Assembly: GCA_964532425.1 (NCBI GenBank)
Contig: CAZHIA010000008.1
Location: forward strand, 13,224-77,223
Origin: an uncultured Candidatus Saccharibacteria bacterium
GTDB lineage: Bacteria > Patescibacteriota > Doudnabacteria > UBA920
Direction: 5' to 3'
DNA length: 64,000 bases
Both the position numbers and the translations under genes were made by a program. The notes beneath the pieces were generated by a model, which was given only the letters and a program-made list of their open reading frames with translations, was not told where the DNA came from and did not search any database. Of the stretch, positions 35,521 through 44,891 are shown one piece after another (position 1 is the stretch's first letter; each line of letters starts with the position of its first letter).

Positions 35521-37311
35521 ATGTCCGATACTACCATCCAAGAAATTAAAGACCGGCTGAATATTGTCGATGTCATCTCGAGTTATATCCAGGTCAAGCG
35601 CGCCGGGACGTATTTTAAAGCACTCTGCCCTTTCCATAACGAAAAGACGGCGAGCTTTAGCATATCTCCCCAGCGTCAGGTCTGGCACTGTTTCGGCTGC
35701 GGGGAAGGCGGAGACGTGTTCAGTTTCGTCCAGAAGTACGAGAATATGGAGTTTCGGGATGTTTTGAAAATCCTGGCTGACCGGGCCGGGGTCAAATTGC
35801 CCGAGTACCACCCTCAAGACAAGCACTTGGAGGATGAAAAAGAGCGCCTTGTTCGCATTAATGCGTTTGCCGCCCGGTTTTACCACGAACTGCTGCTCAA
35901 AGACCGGCGCGCCCAGGGCGCCCGGGAATACCTGCAAAGGCGCGGATTGAACGAAGCGACCATTAAACAATGGCAGGTCGGCTATGCTCCCGACGAGTTC
36001 CATGCCTTGGAGCAGGCGCTGCTGACCAAGAAGGTTCCGCTTGCCGACTTGGTCAAAGCCGGTGTTTCTACCCGCAATGAGCGTGGCCAGGTGTATGACC
36101 GGTTTCGCGACCGGGTGACGTTTCCGATCTTTAATTATGTGGGAGACATCGTCGGTTTCTCCGCCCGCACCTTGCATGAGAAAGATTCTAAAGGGCAGCC
36201 CGTCGCTAAATATGTGAACTCGCCTGAGACGCCGGTGTATAACAAGAGCCGCGTGCTATTCGGGCTCAATTTTGCAAAACAGAGCATCCGTAAGCAGGAC
36301 GAAGTGGTAATAGTGGAAGGACAGATGGACTGCATTCAGGCGCACCAGGCGGGCTTCACAAATATCGTCGCCACCAGCGGCACTGCCCTGACCGAATACC
36401 AGTTGGACCTGCTTTCCCGGCAGACCAAAAATATGAAGTTTTGTTTTGATGCCGACGCAGCTGGCCTGAAGGCAATGCGCCGGGTATTGGAATTGTATTT
36501 TGGCAAGGATTTGGTCATTAAGGTGGTGCCGCTTGTCGGGGCCAAGGATCCCGACGAGCTCATTAAAAAAGACCCGGCGGAATTCGCGCGCTTGGTGGCC
36601 GGGGCGCCTCTGTTCCTTGATTACTATATCGAGCAGGCATTCGTGGCTTTTCATGGCGATTCCATCGAGCAGAAAAAAACCATAGCTAAGGAGCTGCTAC
36701 CGCTTATAGGCCATTTGTCCGATCCGATAGAGCTCGATCATTACCTGACCGTGTTGTCAGAAAAACTCGGTACCCCTACGGATGTCTTGAAGCAGGCTCT
36801 CGAACGCGGTGCCAAGCCGAAAAAGCCGTCCGGGGCCCGGCCTCCTGAGGCGCCGGTTGTTTCCCGGAGCGCCCGCTCAAAACAGGATGACCAGCTTGAG
36901 ATGCAAGTGCTCGGCGGTATGCTCAGGTTTGCCGAGTTCAGGCAGATTGTCGCAGCGGAAGGGGACATTCTGGATTTCGGCAATCCTGAAATTAAAAGTG
37001 CAGCCGAGCAGCTCATGAAGACCGGTGGTATGGCTCCGGAGCAGGCACAGAGCGTTCTTGCCAAGGAAGCGGCATTTATGGTAGAATCCCAAGTAACAGA
37101 GGCCGAAGGGAATGATGAGGCTGTGCGCAGAGAGCTGAATAAAGCATTTGCGCTCCTCCGCCTTTCCGGTATAAAAAGAAAACAGAAACAGCTCAATTCA
37201 GAAATAAAAAACACGGAGCAACAAAAGGATAAAACCCACCTTTTGGAGCTCAACCAACAATTCGCCCAGCTGGCCCAGCAGAGGTCTGATCTGGAGAAAA
37301 AATATTTATAG
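35521..37311 (+). CDS. dnaG: DNA primase
   Basis: Zinc ribbon CPFHNEKTASFSISPQRQVWHCFGCGEGGD, TOPRIM domain (VIVVEGQMDCI), 596 aa, upstream of rpoD. Confidence 0.95.
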   Translation: MSDTTIQEIKDRLNIVDVISSYIQVKRAGTYFKALCPFHNEKTASFSISPQRQVWHCFGCGEGGDVFSFVQKYENMEFRDVLKILADRAGVKLPEYHPQDKHLEDEKERLVRINAFAARFYHELLLKDRRAQGAREYLQRRGLNEATIKQWQVGYAPDEFHALEQALLTKKVPLADLVKAGVSTRNERGQVYDRFRDRVTFPIFNYVGDIVGFSARTLHEKDSKGQPVAKYVNSPETPVYNKSRVLFGLNFAKQSIRKQDEVVIVEGQMDCIQAHQAGFTNIVATSGTALTEYQLDLLSRQTKNMKFCFDADAAGLKAMRRVLELYFGKDLVIKVVPLVGAKDPDELIKKDPAEFARLVAGAPLFLDYYIEQAFVAFHGDSIEQKKTIAKELLPLIGHLSDPIELDHYLTVLSEKLGTPTDVLKQALERGAKPKKPSGARPPEAPVVSRSARSKQDDQLEMQVLGGMLRFAEFRQIVAAEGDILDFGNPEIKSAAEQLMKTGGMAPEQAQSVLAKEAAFMVESQVTEAEGNDEAVRRELNKAFALLRLSGIKRKQKQLNSEIKNTEQQKDKTHLLELNQQFAQLAQQRSDLEKKYL

Positions 37312-37622
37312 GGTGGCAATGCCGCCCGTTTATTCCAGCCGCCCGTTTGGCGGTACCGTATGAGGTTTAAGGCTGTCCCACCGCCACCAATGCGCTGGCG
37401 GATATATGGGATTAGCTGGTCTATTTTTGTCCGTTGCGGTTTTATTAGCGACGTAGGCGAGTCTGTTCTGTCCGCCTAAGGCGGACAAGACAAGCGAGCC
37501 GAGAAGCCAATATAGGTTTAATACTTCGCGGCTTGCCGCGAAAGGGTTGAGAGTTTTGCAGTAATACCCCGCTGCTTGCGGCGGGGAACCTTTATTAATC
37601 AATTTTTATAGGTTGTATCTTT
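37312..37622 (+). other. 310-nt dnaG-rpoD intergenic region packed with 6 GC-rich hairpins sharing CCGCC...GGCGG cores
   Basis: Hairpins gggtggc-aat-gccgccc, ccgccc-gttt-ggcgg, ccgcca...tggcgg, tgtccgcc-taa-ggcggaca, ttcgcgg-cttg-ccgcgaa, ccccgc-tgcttg-gcgggg. Direct repeat gccgcccgttt occurs twice. Confidence 0.4.
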
Positions 37623-38900
37623 ATGGCAAAGAATAAGAAGGCAAAAAAGCAGGCTCGGCGCGCAGCATTGAGGCGGATCAAGGGAGCGGCGAAGAAAAAA
37701 GACAAAGCGGGAAAGAAGCTTCACAAGCCGGTCGCAAAGGTGGTACGCAGCGCCAAGCATGAGCCCGTCCGGGCAGGTGTGGAACCACACCCCAACACTG
37801 AACTGCAGCTCAAGGCGCTATTTGCCAAGGGCTCGGAGCGCGGCTTCGTAACTGAAGCTGAGATTTTGCATGCTTTGCCACAGTTTGAAGACGATATCAA
37901 GGGCCTCGAGGGTGTCATGGACAAACTGGAATCACGCGGTATTGAGATTGTCGACCAGGAAGTAGCCTCGGTGTGGGAACAGAACAAGCCGACCGAGGAT
38001 GCACCGGAAGGAAAAGGCAAAGGAAAGAAGAAGAAACAGGATGACATGGTTGATGCCTTTGATTTGGGCGATATTTATGATGATTCCATCCAGATGTACC
38101 TGCGCGAGATCGGCAAGGTACCGCTGCTGACCGGCGAAGAAGAGATTGATCTCGCCAAACGCATCGCCAAGGGCGATGTGGCGGCGCGCAAGAAGTTGAC
38201 TGAAGCCAACCTCCGGTTGGTCGTTTCTATTGCCAAGAAATACATGGGTCGCAACCTCGGGTTGTTGGACTTAATCCAGGAAGGCAACTTGGGACTGTTC
38301 CGCGCTGTTGAGAAGTTCGACTGGAAGAAAGGGTACAAGTTTTCGACGTATGCCACCTGGTGGATCCGCCAGGCTATTACCCGCGCCTTGGCTGACCAGA
38401 GCCGCACCATCCGTATTCCTGTGCATATGGTGGAAACGTTGAATAAGTACGCCCAGGCCGAACGCCAGCTGGTCCAGGATTTGGGACGCGAACCGCTGCC
38501 GGAAGAGATCGCCGCAGAAATGGGTATCGAGGTGGAGAAGGTTTATCACTTGAAGAAGATCTCTCAGGAGACCGTCTCTATCGATTCTCCAGTGGGGGAG
38601 GATGAAGGTGAGGATTCTTCGCTCGGTGACTTTATCGTGGACGAAGATACGACCAAACCGAACGAGGTAGCCGGACGCCAGCTACTGAAGGAATATGTCC
38701 AGAATATTTTGAAGGACCTCGATCCGCGCGAACAGAAGATTTTGAAGATGCGTTTCGGGCTGGAAGACGGCGTTACCCATACCCTAGAAGAGGTTGGTGA
38801 AGAGTTCGGGGTTACCCGCGAGCGCATCCGGCAGATCGAAAGCAAGGCACTAGAGCGCATCCGCGAACATATTGATATCAATAAATTGAGAGACTATTAG
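37623..38900 (+). CDS. rpoD: RNA polymerase sigma-70 factor RpoD (short form, basic N-terminus)
   Basis: Regions 1.2, 2 ([13 protein letters not shown]), 3 and 4 ([18 protein letters not shown]). 425 aa. Confidence 0.95.
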   Translation: MAKNKKAKKQARRAALRRIKGAAKKKDKAGKKLHKPVAKVVRSAKHEPVRAGVEPHPNTELQLKALFAKGSERGFVTEAEILHALPQFEDDIKGLEGVMDKLESRGIEIVDQEVASVWEQNKPTEDAPEGKGKGKKKKQDDMVDAFDLGDIYDDSIQMYLREIGKVPLLTGEEEIDLAKRIAKGDVAARKKLTEANLRLVVSIAKKYMGRNLGLLDLIQEGNLGLFRAVEKFDWKKGYKFSTYATWWIRQAITRALADQSRTIRIPVHMVETLNKYAQAERQLVQDLGREPLPEEIAAEMGIEVEKVYHLKKISQETVSIDSPVGEDEGEDSSLGDFIVDEDTTKPNEVAGRQLLKEYVQNILKDLDPREQKILKMRFGLEDGVTHTLEEVGEEFGVTRERIRQIESKALERIREHIDINKLRDY

Positions 38901-38902
38901 AC

Positions 38903-38926
38903 TAAAATCCCCGAAAGGGGATTTTA
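38903..38926 (+). terminator. rho-independent terminator after rpoD
   Basis: aaaatccccgaaaggggatttta. A second perfect palindrome cctgcctgccggcaggcagg lies at about 38951-38974. Confidence 0.6.
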
Positions 38927-39376
38927 TTTAATTTCTAATTCTAATTTCCAACCTGCCTGCCGGCAGGCAGGTTTCCAATAAAATACCCAATGTCCAAATT
39001 TGGAAATTATTGCATTAGAAATTTTATTAGGAATTAGGAATTGGATATTGGAAATTAAGATCATCTTGCTTTTCCCTTCTCCTCGTGTTCTGCCCATACT
39101 TTAACTTTTCCACCGTCGCTGAATAACTGCTTATTTTAGCCGAAATTTTAGCTATTGACCCCCGTCAAATTAGGTGTATCCTGTAAATAGGAAAGGAATT
39201 AACGGATGCAAAACCAGGTACTGGTTAGGGTGACTTTTCAATGAAGTCGCGATAAGCCCAAGGCCGCTTAAGGCCGTTGCATCAAGCACCAAATAGGAAC
39301 ACACAATTCGCACAATGAGAAAAGTACACCCTTAGCGGCAGGCTTGTTCTTGAAAAAGACAAAGCCTGCTGCTGTT

Positions 39377-40051
39377 TTATTTATAGTTATTTGTATCTTT
39401 TTCAGCCGGACGCAAACCGCTCGCCGCTTCCCCGGTCCTGACAATCCGACGGTCGGGAATGAACCACATGAGCGCCACGAGCACAAAGAGAATATCGGAA
39501 ACCCATGGAAGCCAGAAAGCAGCGCCGACTGCCAGTGCATACAAGGTGAGTGATAGCCATCCTTTGTAGTCCTCGCCGAGTGCGGAGGCAAGCCGCGAAT
39601 CCTTGCCCTGGCTGGCAACAATAGCGCGCTGCAAAATTTGGTAAGCAATGGCAGAAAGCAGCAGAATGCCGGCATACAGGGCAGTAGGCCATGAGCCGCC
39701 ATGGTTCTCACCAAGCCAGCCGGTCACGAACGGGACCAGTGAGAGCCAAAATAACAAATGAAGGTTGGCCCACATAATTTTCCCGGTTACTTTTTTTGTG
39801 ACATGCAGCAAATGGTGGTGGTTGTTCCAGTATGCACCGACCACTTCGAAGCTTAAGGCATACGTTAAAAATACCGGCAGCAGCGGCTTAAACACGGCCG
39901 GGTTGGACCCGGAAGGTACTTTCATTTCCAATACCGTGATAGTGAGTATAATGGCAAACACGCCGTCGCTGAATGTCTCTAAACGCGCCGGTCCGGGCGG
40001 TTCGGTTGTGGCAACCGGCTGGTTCTGTTCGTTTGGAAGAGGTAAATCCAT
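39377..40051 (-). CDS. TMEM175/DUF1211-family membrane protein (putative K+ channel)
   Basis: RLETFSDGVFAIILTITVLE signature and 6 TM helices. Confidence 0.7.
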   Translation of the reverse strand: MDLPLPNEQNQPVATTEPPGPARLETFSDGVFAIILTITVLEMKVPSGSNPAVFKPLLPVFLTYALSFEVVGAYWNNHHHLLHVTKKVTGKIMWANLHLLFWLSLVPFVTGWLGENHGGSWPTALYAGILLLSAIAYQILQRAIVASQGKDSRLASALGEDYKGWLSLTLYALAVGAAFWLPWVSDILFVLVALMWFIPDRRIVRTGEAASGLRPAEKDTNNYK

Positions 40052-40144
40052 ACGTACTTACACGATCACGGCTATTTTTTCTTGCATCCAATAAAAAACC
40101 GGGGGGCCTTTTCAGGTCCCCCGAAGGGTTGTTGTTGGCCTGGA

Positions 40145-43100
40145 TCAGAAAATGAAGCGCAGGCCGAGCTGCAGGCGTCGGGCATTGGTGCCGTCAGGGA
40201 ATCCCTGGGCGGCCGTGCCAGTGCCGAGACTGGTTTGATAGGTAAGCGTGGGAACGCCGGAGACGAGCGCATACGTGTACGCGCGGGTATTCACCGAAGT
40301 GAAGTACGGGCTGTTGAACACGTTGAATCCGTCAAACGTGAACATGGCTTTGTAGCGTTCATGAATCGTGACGGATTTGCTCAGGCGCAGGTCAATGCGG
40401 GTGATCTGGTCAACGAGCACGCTGGACGTCGGTAGGAATGGCGCACGGGTGTTGCCGCCGTACCCGTTCAAAGTGCTACCGGTGAAAGCGACAGCATAGC
40501 CGGCAGGCACATAGGCCGAAGACAGTGAGACCACCGGTGTAACAGCCGGGGCTGACTGGAACGTACCCAGGCCTGAAAGGCTCCAGCCGTTGAGCAAATA
40601 CTTCAAGCGATGGTCATTGCTGACGAGTGTCGGGCTGTAGCTGCCGTTCATGACGAGCCGGTGCCGGACATCGAGCGCAGCCGTGCCTTTTTCCACGCGG
40701 TAGTTGCCGGGCATGTAGCTCTGCGGGCCGCCGCTGGCGAAAATATTTGGCGTGCCGGCGAAGCCTTGTCCCTGATCAATCGCATGCGACCATGTATAGG
40801 CGGCGCTGCCGGTCAGTCCGTGACTGAAACGCTTGCTCAATTGGACAGACAGGCCGTTGTACCAGCTGTTCAAGCCGGCATCAATGATGTTGATGCGGCT
40901 GTAGCGAGTATCGACGCGGTTGCTGCGAATGTAGACCGGCGTCGAATATGTGAATGCCTGCGTCGGGTTGCCCGGGGTGCCGATGACGTTGTAAGTCACG
41001 GTCGGGCCCGGGGCGCCGATGTTGATGTCATTGACCGAGGTCAGATGCAGTCCACGGCTCCACATGCCGGAGACCGTGAGTGCGAGGTCGCGGGCAAGCT
41101 GCCGTTCAATGGCGAGATTTGCTTGCTGCGTGTACGGAGCGCGGAAGTCGCTGGCTGCAATATTCAGACTAACCGAACCGGCCGGAGGGTTGTAGTTTCC
41201 GGAGTTCGGCAGCACATTCGGGAAGACCGGTCCTGCCGCCTTGTCAGCGGCATTCGACGATTGCAGCGAGATCGACTTTTGGTAGATGCCGTTACCGAGG
41301 AAGAACGTATTGATAAGTCCTCCCGGGTAGCGGGCATAAAACATGCCGTATCCTCCGCGCAGGACAGTCTTGCTTTGGCTGTCGAGCGAGTAGGCAAAGC
41401 CGATGCGCGGCGCAAAGGCTCCGGCAAACGTCGGGATGACCCCGGTAGCCTTATAGTCAGGGTTGGTGACGGTCGGCTGGGGTAGGGCGCTGTAGTCGTA
41501 GCGGACGCCTAAGTTCAAGGTCAGACGCTGCGTGATTTTGAGCTGGTCCTGAACGAAGAACGCGTAATCCTTAATCGCGAAGTCGACCAGGGGATTGCCG
41601 ATAGTCTGCGAAAAAGACGTCCAGTTTTTGGTTCCAGTCGTATTGCCGGTCAGGTCAGCCGCCAGAGCGCTGAATGACGGATAGCTGTAGGTACCGGTGC
41701 GGTTGAACAGCATATTCGTCAGGTCGCGTGTGCGCATGAACTCAAAACCGAACTTGACGGTCTGGGAGCCTTTGATCCAGGTGAGCGTATCCGCAATTTG
41801 GTGGCGCGTTTCGATCGGGTTCAGGCGCGGATAATCCGTAGCCGTTCCAAGGTAGCTCTGTCCCGTGATGCTGATGCCCAAGAAACCTTGCGGCACAATA
41901 CTCGAGGGAAGAGCTAAGCTCTGGTTCGGGTAGTCGAACAACTTGTCGTAAAACCAGTTGTATCGAAGCTCGTTGACCATGGTCGGCGTGGGGATGAAGG
42001 TCCACGAGGCGCGGCCGTATTTGTCGCGCACCGAGGAATCGACGTTGTTGCCGACGCCATTTCCGTTATTCAGTACTGCCTGGGTTTGCAGCCCGTTGGG
42101 TGAGACCCAGCGAAGCATATTCATCCCGACAGTAAACGAGTGGCGTTCATTCGGCCGGTAGTCAATCTTGGCATACCCAAGGTTCTGGTTGACCGAACGC
42201 GGAACGGTTTGAAATTCGCGATTGAGGAACGTCCGGGCGGCCGCACATTGTTCCGGCGTAGCCGGGGCGCCGCAGGTGCCGATGAACTGGCCGGTAGTGC
42301 TAAACAGCGGATTTCCTGCTCCGGTGATTGAAGCGATGAGAGGGAAGTCCCGCCACAAGCCTTCGTAGTTAACGAAGTAGAACAGCTTGTCGCGGATGAT
42401 CTTGCCACCAAGGCTGCCGCCGAGCTGGTTGCGCTTTTCGGTCGGGTTGAACCGCTTGCCCGTGGTCGGGTCAATGGTTGCAAAAATATCCGTGGCATTA
42501 AAGTTCTGGTTCCGGAAGAACCAGTACCCGGTTCCGTGGAATTCATTGCCGCCGCTGCGGGTCACCGTGTTGACGACACCGCCCATGGCGCGTCCGAATT
42601 CAGCGGAAAAGTTGTTGGAAACAACTTGGAACTCCTGTACCGCATCTTGTCCGATTTGGGATCCGATGCGGGTACGGCCGGCGTTTTCATTATAGTAACC
42701 GTTGGTCGTATCGCCGCCGTCCGTTAGGAAGGTGTTGCCGCCGGCAATGCCGCGGAACGAGATAAGCCCGAACGTACCGTCAGGAACGACCGCGGGCGAC
42801 AGGAGAACGAACGAGTCCACGCGGCGGCCATTGATCGGGAGATCCTGAATCTGGGTCGATCCAACCACTTGTGACACGTCGGTCTTGGTGGAATCGACAA
42901 TAGGCGCTGCAGCCTCGACTTGCACTGAGGTTGCGGCGCTGGCCAGCTGGAGTTCGATGTTGAGCATCAAATTTTGGCCGACCAGGACCTGGATGTCCTT
43001 GGCTTTGTACTCGGCAAAACCGGGACTTGAGACCATAACGCTGTAGCCTTCCGCAGGCGTCAGCGAGGGAGCGGAGAATATTCCGGCCTCGGTTGTCGCC

Positions 43101-43282
43101 ATAGCGCGCTGAATACCTTTGGTTTCATTGACAATGAAGACCTTGGCATTCGGAATGGCAGCGCCTGACGGGTCATGTACGGAGCCGGAAATGGCTCCGA
43201 GACCGGCCACAGACTGGCCGAAGGCCAGCGAGGCGAAGATAAACAAAAATACGACTCCCGCGAGCGCGGTAAATCGTCTCAT
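40145..43282 (-). CDS. TonB-dependent outer-membrane receptor with N-terminal carboxypeptidase-regulatory-like domain
   Basis: Signal peptide, CarbopepD_reg-like beta-sandwich (SGSVHDPSGAAIPNAKVFIVNETKG...), plug domain (TFLTDGGDTTNGYYN), a 1045-aa beta-barrel and C-terminal LRFIF with a terminal aromatic. Locally higher GC. Confidence 0.8.
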   Translation of the reverse strand: MRRFTALAGVVFLFIFASLAFGQSVAGLGAISGSVHDPSGAAIPNAKVFIVNETKGIQRAMATTEAGIFSAPSLTPAEGYSVMVSSPGFAEYKAKDIQVLVGQNLMLNIELQLASAATSVQVEAAAPIVDSTKTDVSQVVGSTQIQDLPINGRRVDSFVLLSPAVVPDGTFGLISFRGIAGGNTFLTDGGDTTNGYYNENAGRTRIGSQIGQDAVQEFQVVSNNFSAEFGRAMGGVVNTVTRSGGNEFHGTGYWFFRNQNFNATDIFATIDPTTGKRFNPTEKRNQLGGSLGGKIIRDKLFYFVNYEGLWRDFPLIASITGAGNPLFSTTGQFIGTCGAPATPEQCAAARTFLNREFQTVPRSVNQNLGYAKIDYRPNERHSFTVGMNMLRWVSPNGLQTQAVLNNGNGVGNNVDSSVRDKYGRASWTFIPTPTMVNELRYNWFYDKLFDYPNQSLALPSSIVPQGFLGISITGQSYLGTATDYPRLNPIETRHQIADTLTWIKGSQTVKFGFEFMRTRDLTNMLFNRTGTYSYPSFSALAADLTGNTTGTKNWTSFSQTIGNPLVDFAIKDYAFFVQDQLKITQRLTLNLGVRYDYSALPQPTVTNPDYKATGVIPTFAGAFAPRIGFAYSLDSQSKTVLRGGYGMFYARYPGGLINTFFLGNGIYQKSISLQSSNAADKAAGPVFPNVLPNSGNYNPPAGSVSLNIAASDFRAPYTQQANLAIERQLARDLALTVSGMWSRGLHLTSVNDINIGAPGPTVTYNVIGTPGNPTQAFTYSTPVYIRSNRVDTRYSRINIIDAGLNSWYNGLSVQLSKRFSHGLTGSAAYTWSHAIDQGQGFAGTPNIFASGGPQSYMPGNYRVEKGTAALDVRHRLVMNGSYSPTLVSNDHRLKYLLNGWSLSGLGTFQSAPAVTPVVSLSSAYVPAGYAVAFTGSTLNGYGGNTRAPFLPTSSVLVDQITRIDLRLSKSVTIHERYKAMFTFDGFNVFNSPYFTSVNTRAYTYALVSGVPTLTYQTSLGTGTAAQGFPDGTNARRLQLGLRFIF

Positions 43283-43591
43283 ATACCGAATCCTCCTTAA
43301 GGAGTTGAAATGTGATTTCCCAAAGCACGCCCCTGAAGCTGTGTGAGGTGGGATGTTTGAGAAATGGTTTGATCGAGATCAATCCACTTTTGGTATAGCG
43401 AAAAAACAGCAATCTGTCTAATTGTTATTTTTCATAATTTGTGATATAATTAAGATAGATTTTATATAAAGCTGCTTAAGAAAAGCGAAAGTTTAATGTA
43501 TCTGACAAACGAGTATGTTTGTCAGGATTAATTGCTTTTTTGAGCATTCGAAATAAAAGGTCTGGCAGCGTCAAAATAATTTTTATATACC

Positions 43592-44818
43592 ATGGATATG
43601 GTTAAAATAAAACGGGTCAAGCGCCAGAAAAAGCGGAGCACTGCAGCCGAAAAGATTATGGCGGGTTTGGGACTTGGAACGACCTTGCTCGGTATGACCG
43701 GCGGTGCAGTAGCGCCAAAAAAAAGCAATAAGGCTATAGTCCGCACCAACGCTTCATCACGAGCCCGTCAAATCGGCTTGATGATGCACCAGGCCCTGCA
43801 GTCAAGCGTGGGTACGCCGACGGCCAAGGCGGCAGAAACCGATGAAGAATGGGAGGGTGATGACGAAGCTACCCCAACCGATACGACCCCGAGCGATGAC
43901 GTGGAAAATTCCGATGATGCTGCGTCTTCCAATGATTGGCAATATGGGACACCGGACGATGCCGAGACAGAAACCAGTGAAAGCGGTACGGAAGCCACAG
44001 ACGATACCGATACCGATATCGAAAACGGAGAGGATGCCGTAGGGGAGGGGCAGGATATTGAATTGGCTGATGATCAGGAAACGGCGGATGAAACCGAACT
44101 GGCTGAAGTTGATAATGAGGACGTAAATATTGTGAACGGACAGGTGTATACAACGAACGGGAGTACGGTTGCCAATAACCAAAGTGGAACCAGCGTGTTA
44201 GATTCGCATGGGGTCTTGGCCATAAACGGGCAGGTCTATAATCAGGGAGATACTGATGTGGAAGAGTCAGAGGATGGTTCAGGTAATTTGGTTGCAGCTG
44301 CCGCTGACAGCATCGAGATGGCCAATAATTTCGGCAATCCCCAAGGCTTACAGATGCCGACCGGTTACCAAACTTTCCAGGATGAGAGCGAAACGTCTGA
44401 AGCAGAGGCGGATTCCGAAGCGGAGCCGGCTGCTGCCCGTACCTATAAGGTTAAGAAAGGTGACACCTTATGGGGTATTTCGCGAAAGTATTATGGCCGC
44501 GGCATCCTGTGGCGGAAGATTATGAATGCCAATGCAGACAAAGTAACTGAGCCGAGGCTTCTTCAGATCGGTACTGTGTTGACTATCCCGCCGCTTGAAC
44601 AGTCGGATCTGGAATCTATTCCCAGAGCTGCCGTGAAAACAAAAACCCAAACCCATGCTTCCCCGTCAACCGGTGATCCATTCGGCAGCCAGCAGTATGG
44701 ATATGATTCCGGCTCAAGCAATAGCGGGGGATATACTCCGGGATTCCTACTGCAGGATTTTCAGACACAAAACAACACTGACTCGTCACAAGAGGGATCT
44801 GATATCGAGAGTGAATAA
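43592..44818 (+). CDS. LysM-domain protein with long acidic (D/E/T-rich) low-complexity region
   Basis: LysM: [18 protein letters not shown]...IMNANADKV...[11 protein letters not shown]-terminal TM/signal segment. Confidence 0.65.
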   Translation: MDMVKIKRVKRQKKRSTAAEKIMAGLGLGTTLLGMTGGAVAPKKSNKAIVRTNASSRARQIGLMMHQALQSSVGTPTAKAAETDEEWEGDDEATPTDTTPSDDVENSDDAASSNDWQYGTPDDAETETSESGTEATDDTDTDIENGEDAVGEGQDIELADDQETADETELAEVDNEDVNIVNGQVYTTNGSTVANNQSGTSVLDSHGVLAINGQVYNQGDTDVEESEDGSGNLVAAAADSIEMANNFGNPQGLQMPTGYQTFQDESETSEAEADSEAEPAAARTYKVKKGDTLWGISRKYYGRGILWRKIMNANADKVTEPRLLQIGTVLTIPPLEQSDLESIPRAAVKTKTQTHASPSTGDPFGSQQYGYDSGSSNSGGYTPGFLLQDFQTQNNTDSSQEGSDIESE

Positions 44819-44854
44819 TTTCATTTTAGGTTAATTCAACCTTATATCAACTAA

Positions 44855-44870
44855 TCCCGCCCCTGCGGGA
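44855..44870 (+). promoter_or_regulatory. conserved 5' leader hairpin of paralog 3 (tcccgc-ccct-gcggga), followed by GGAAATAAAC and 21 nt to the ATG
   Basis: Same element as upstream of the other three paralogs. Preceded by tatatcaa, a -10-like box. Confidence 0.45.
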
Positions 44871-44891
44871 GGAAATAAACACACACGTTCT

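Noticed and set aside
40610-41485. 291-aa plus-strand ORF and other ORFs (41164-41427, 42121-42546) inside the TonB-receptor locus.
   Set aside because: Antisense to the 1045-aa receptor gene, Arg/Ala-rich from GC-rich antisense reading, and no motifs.
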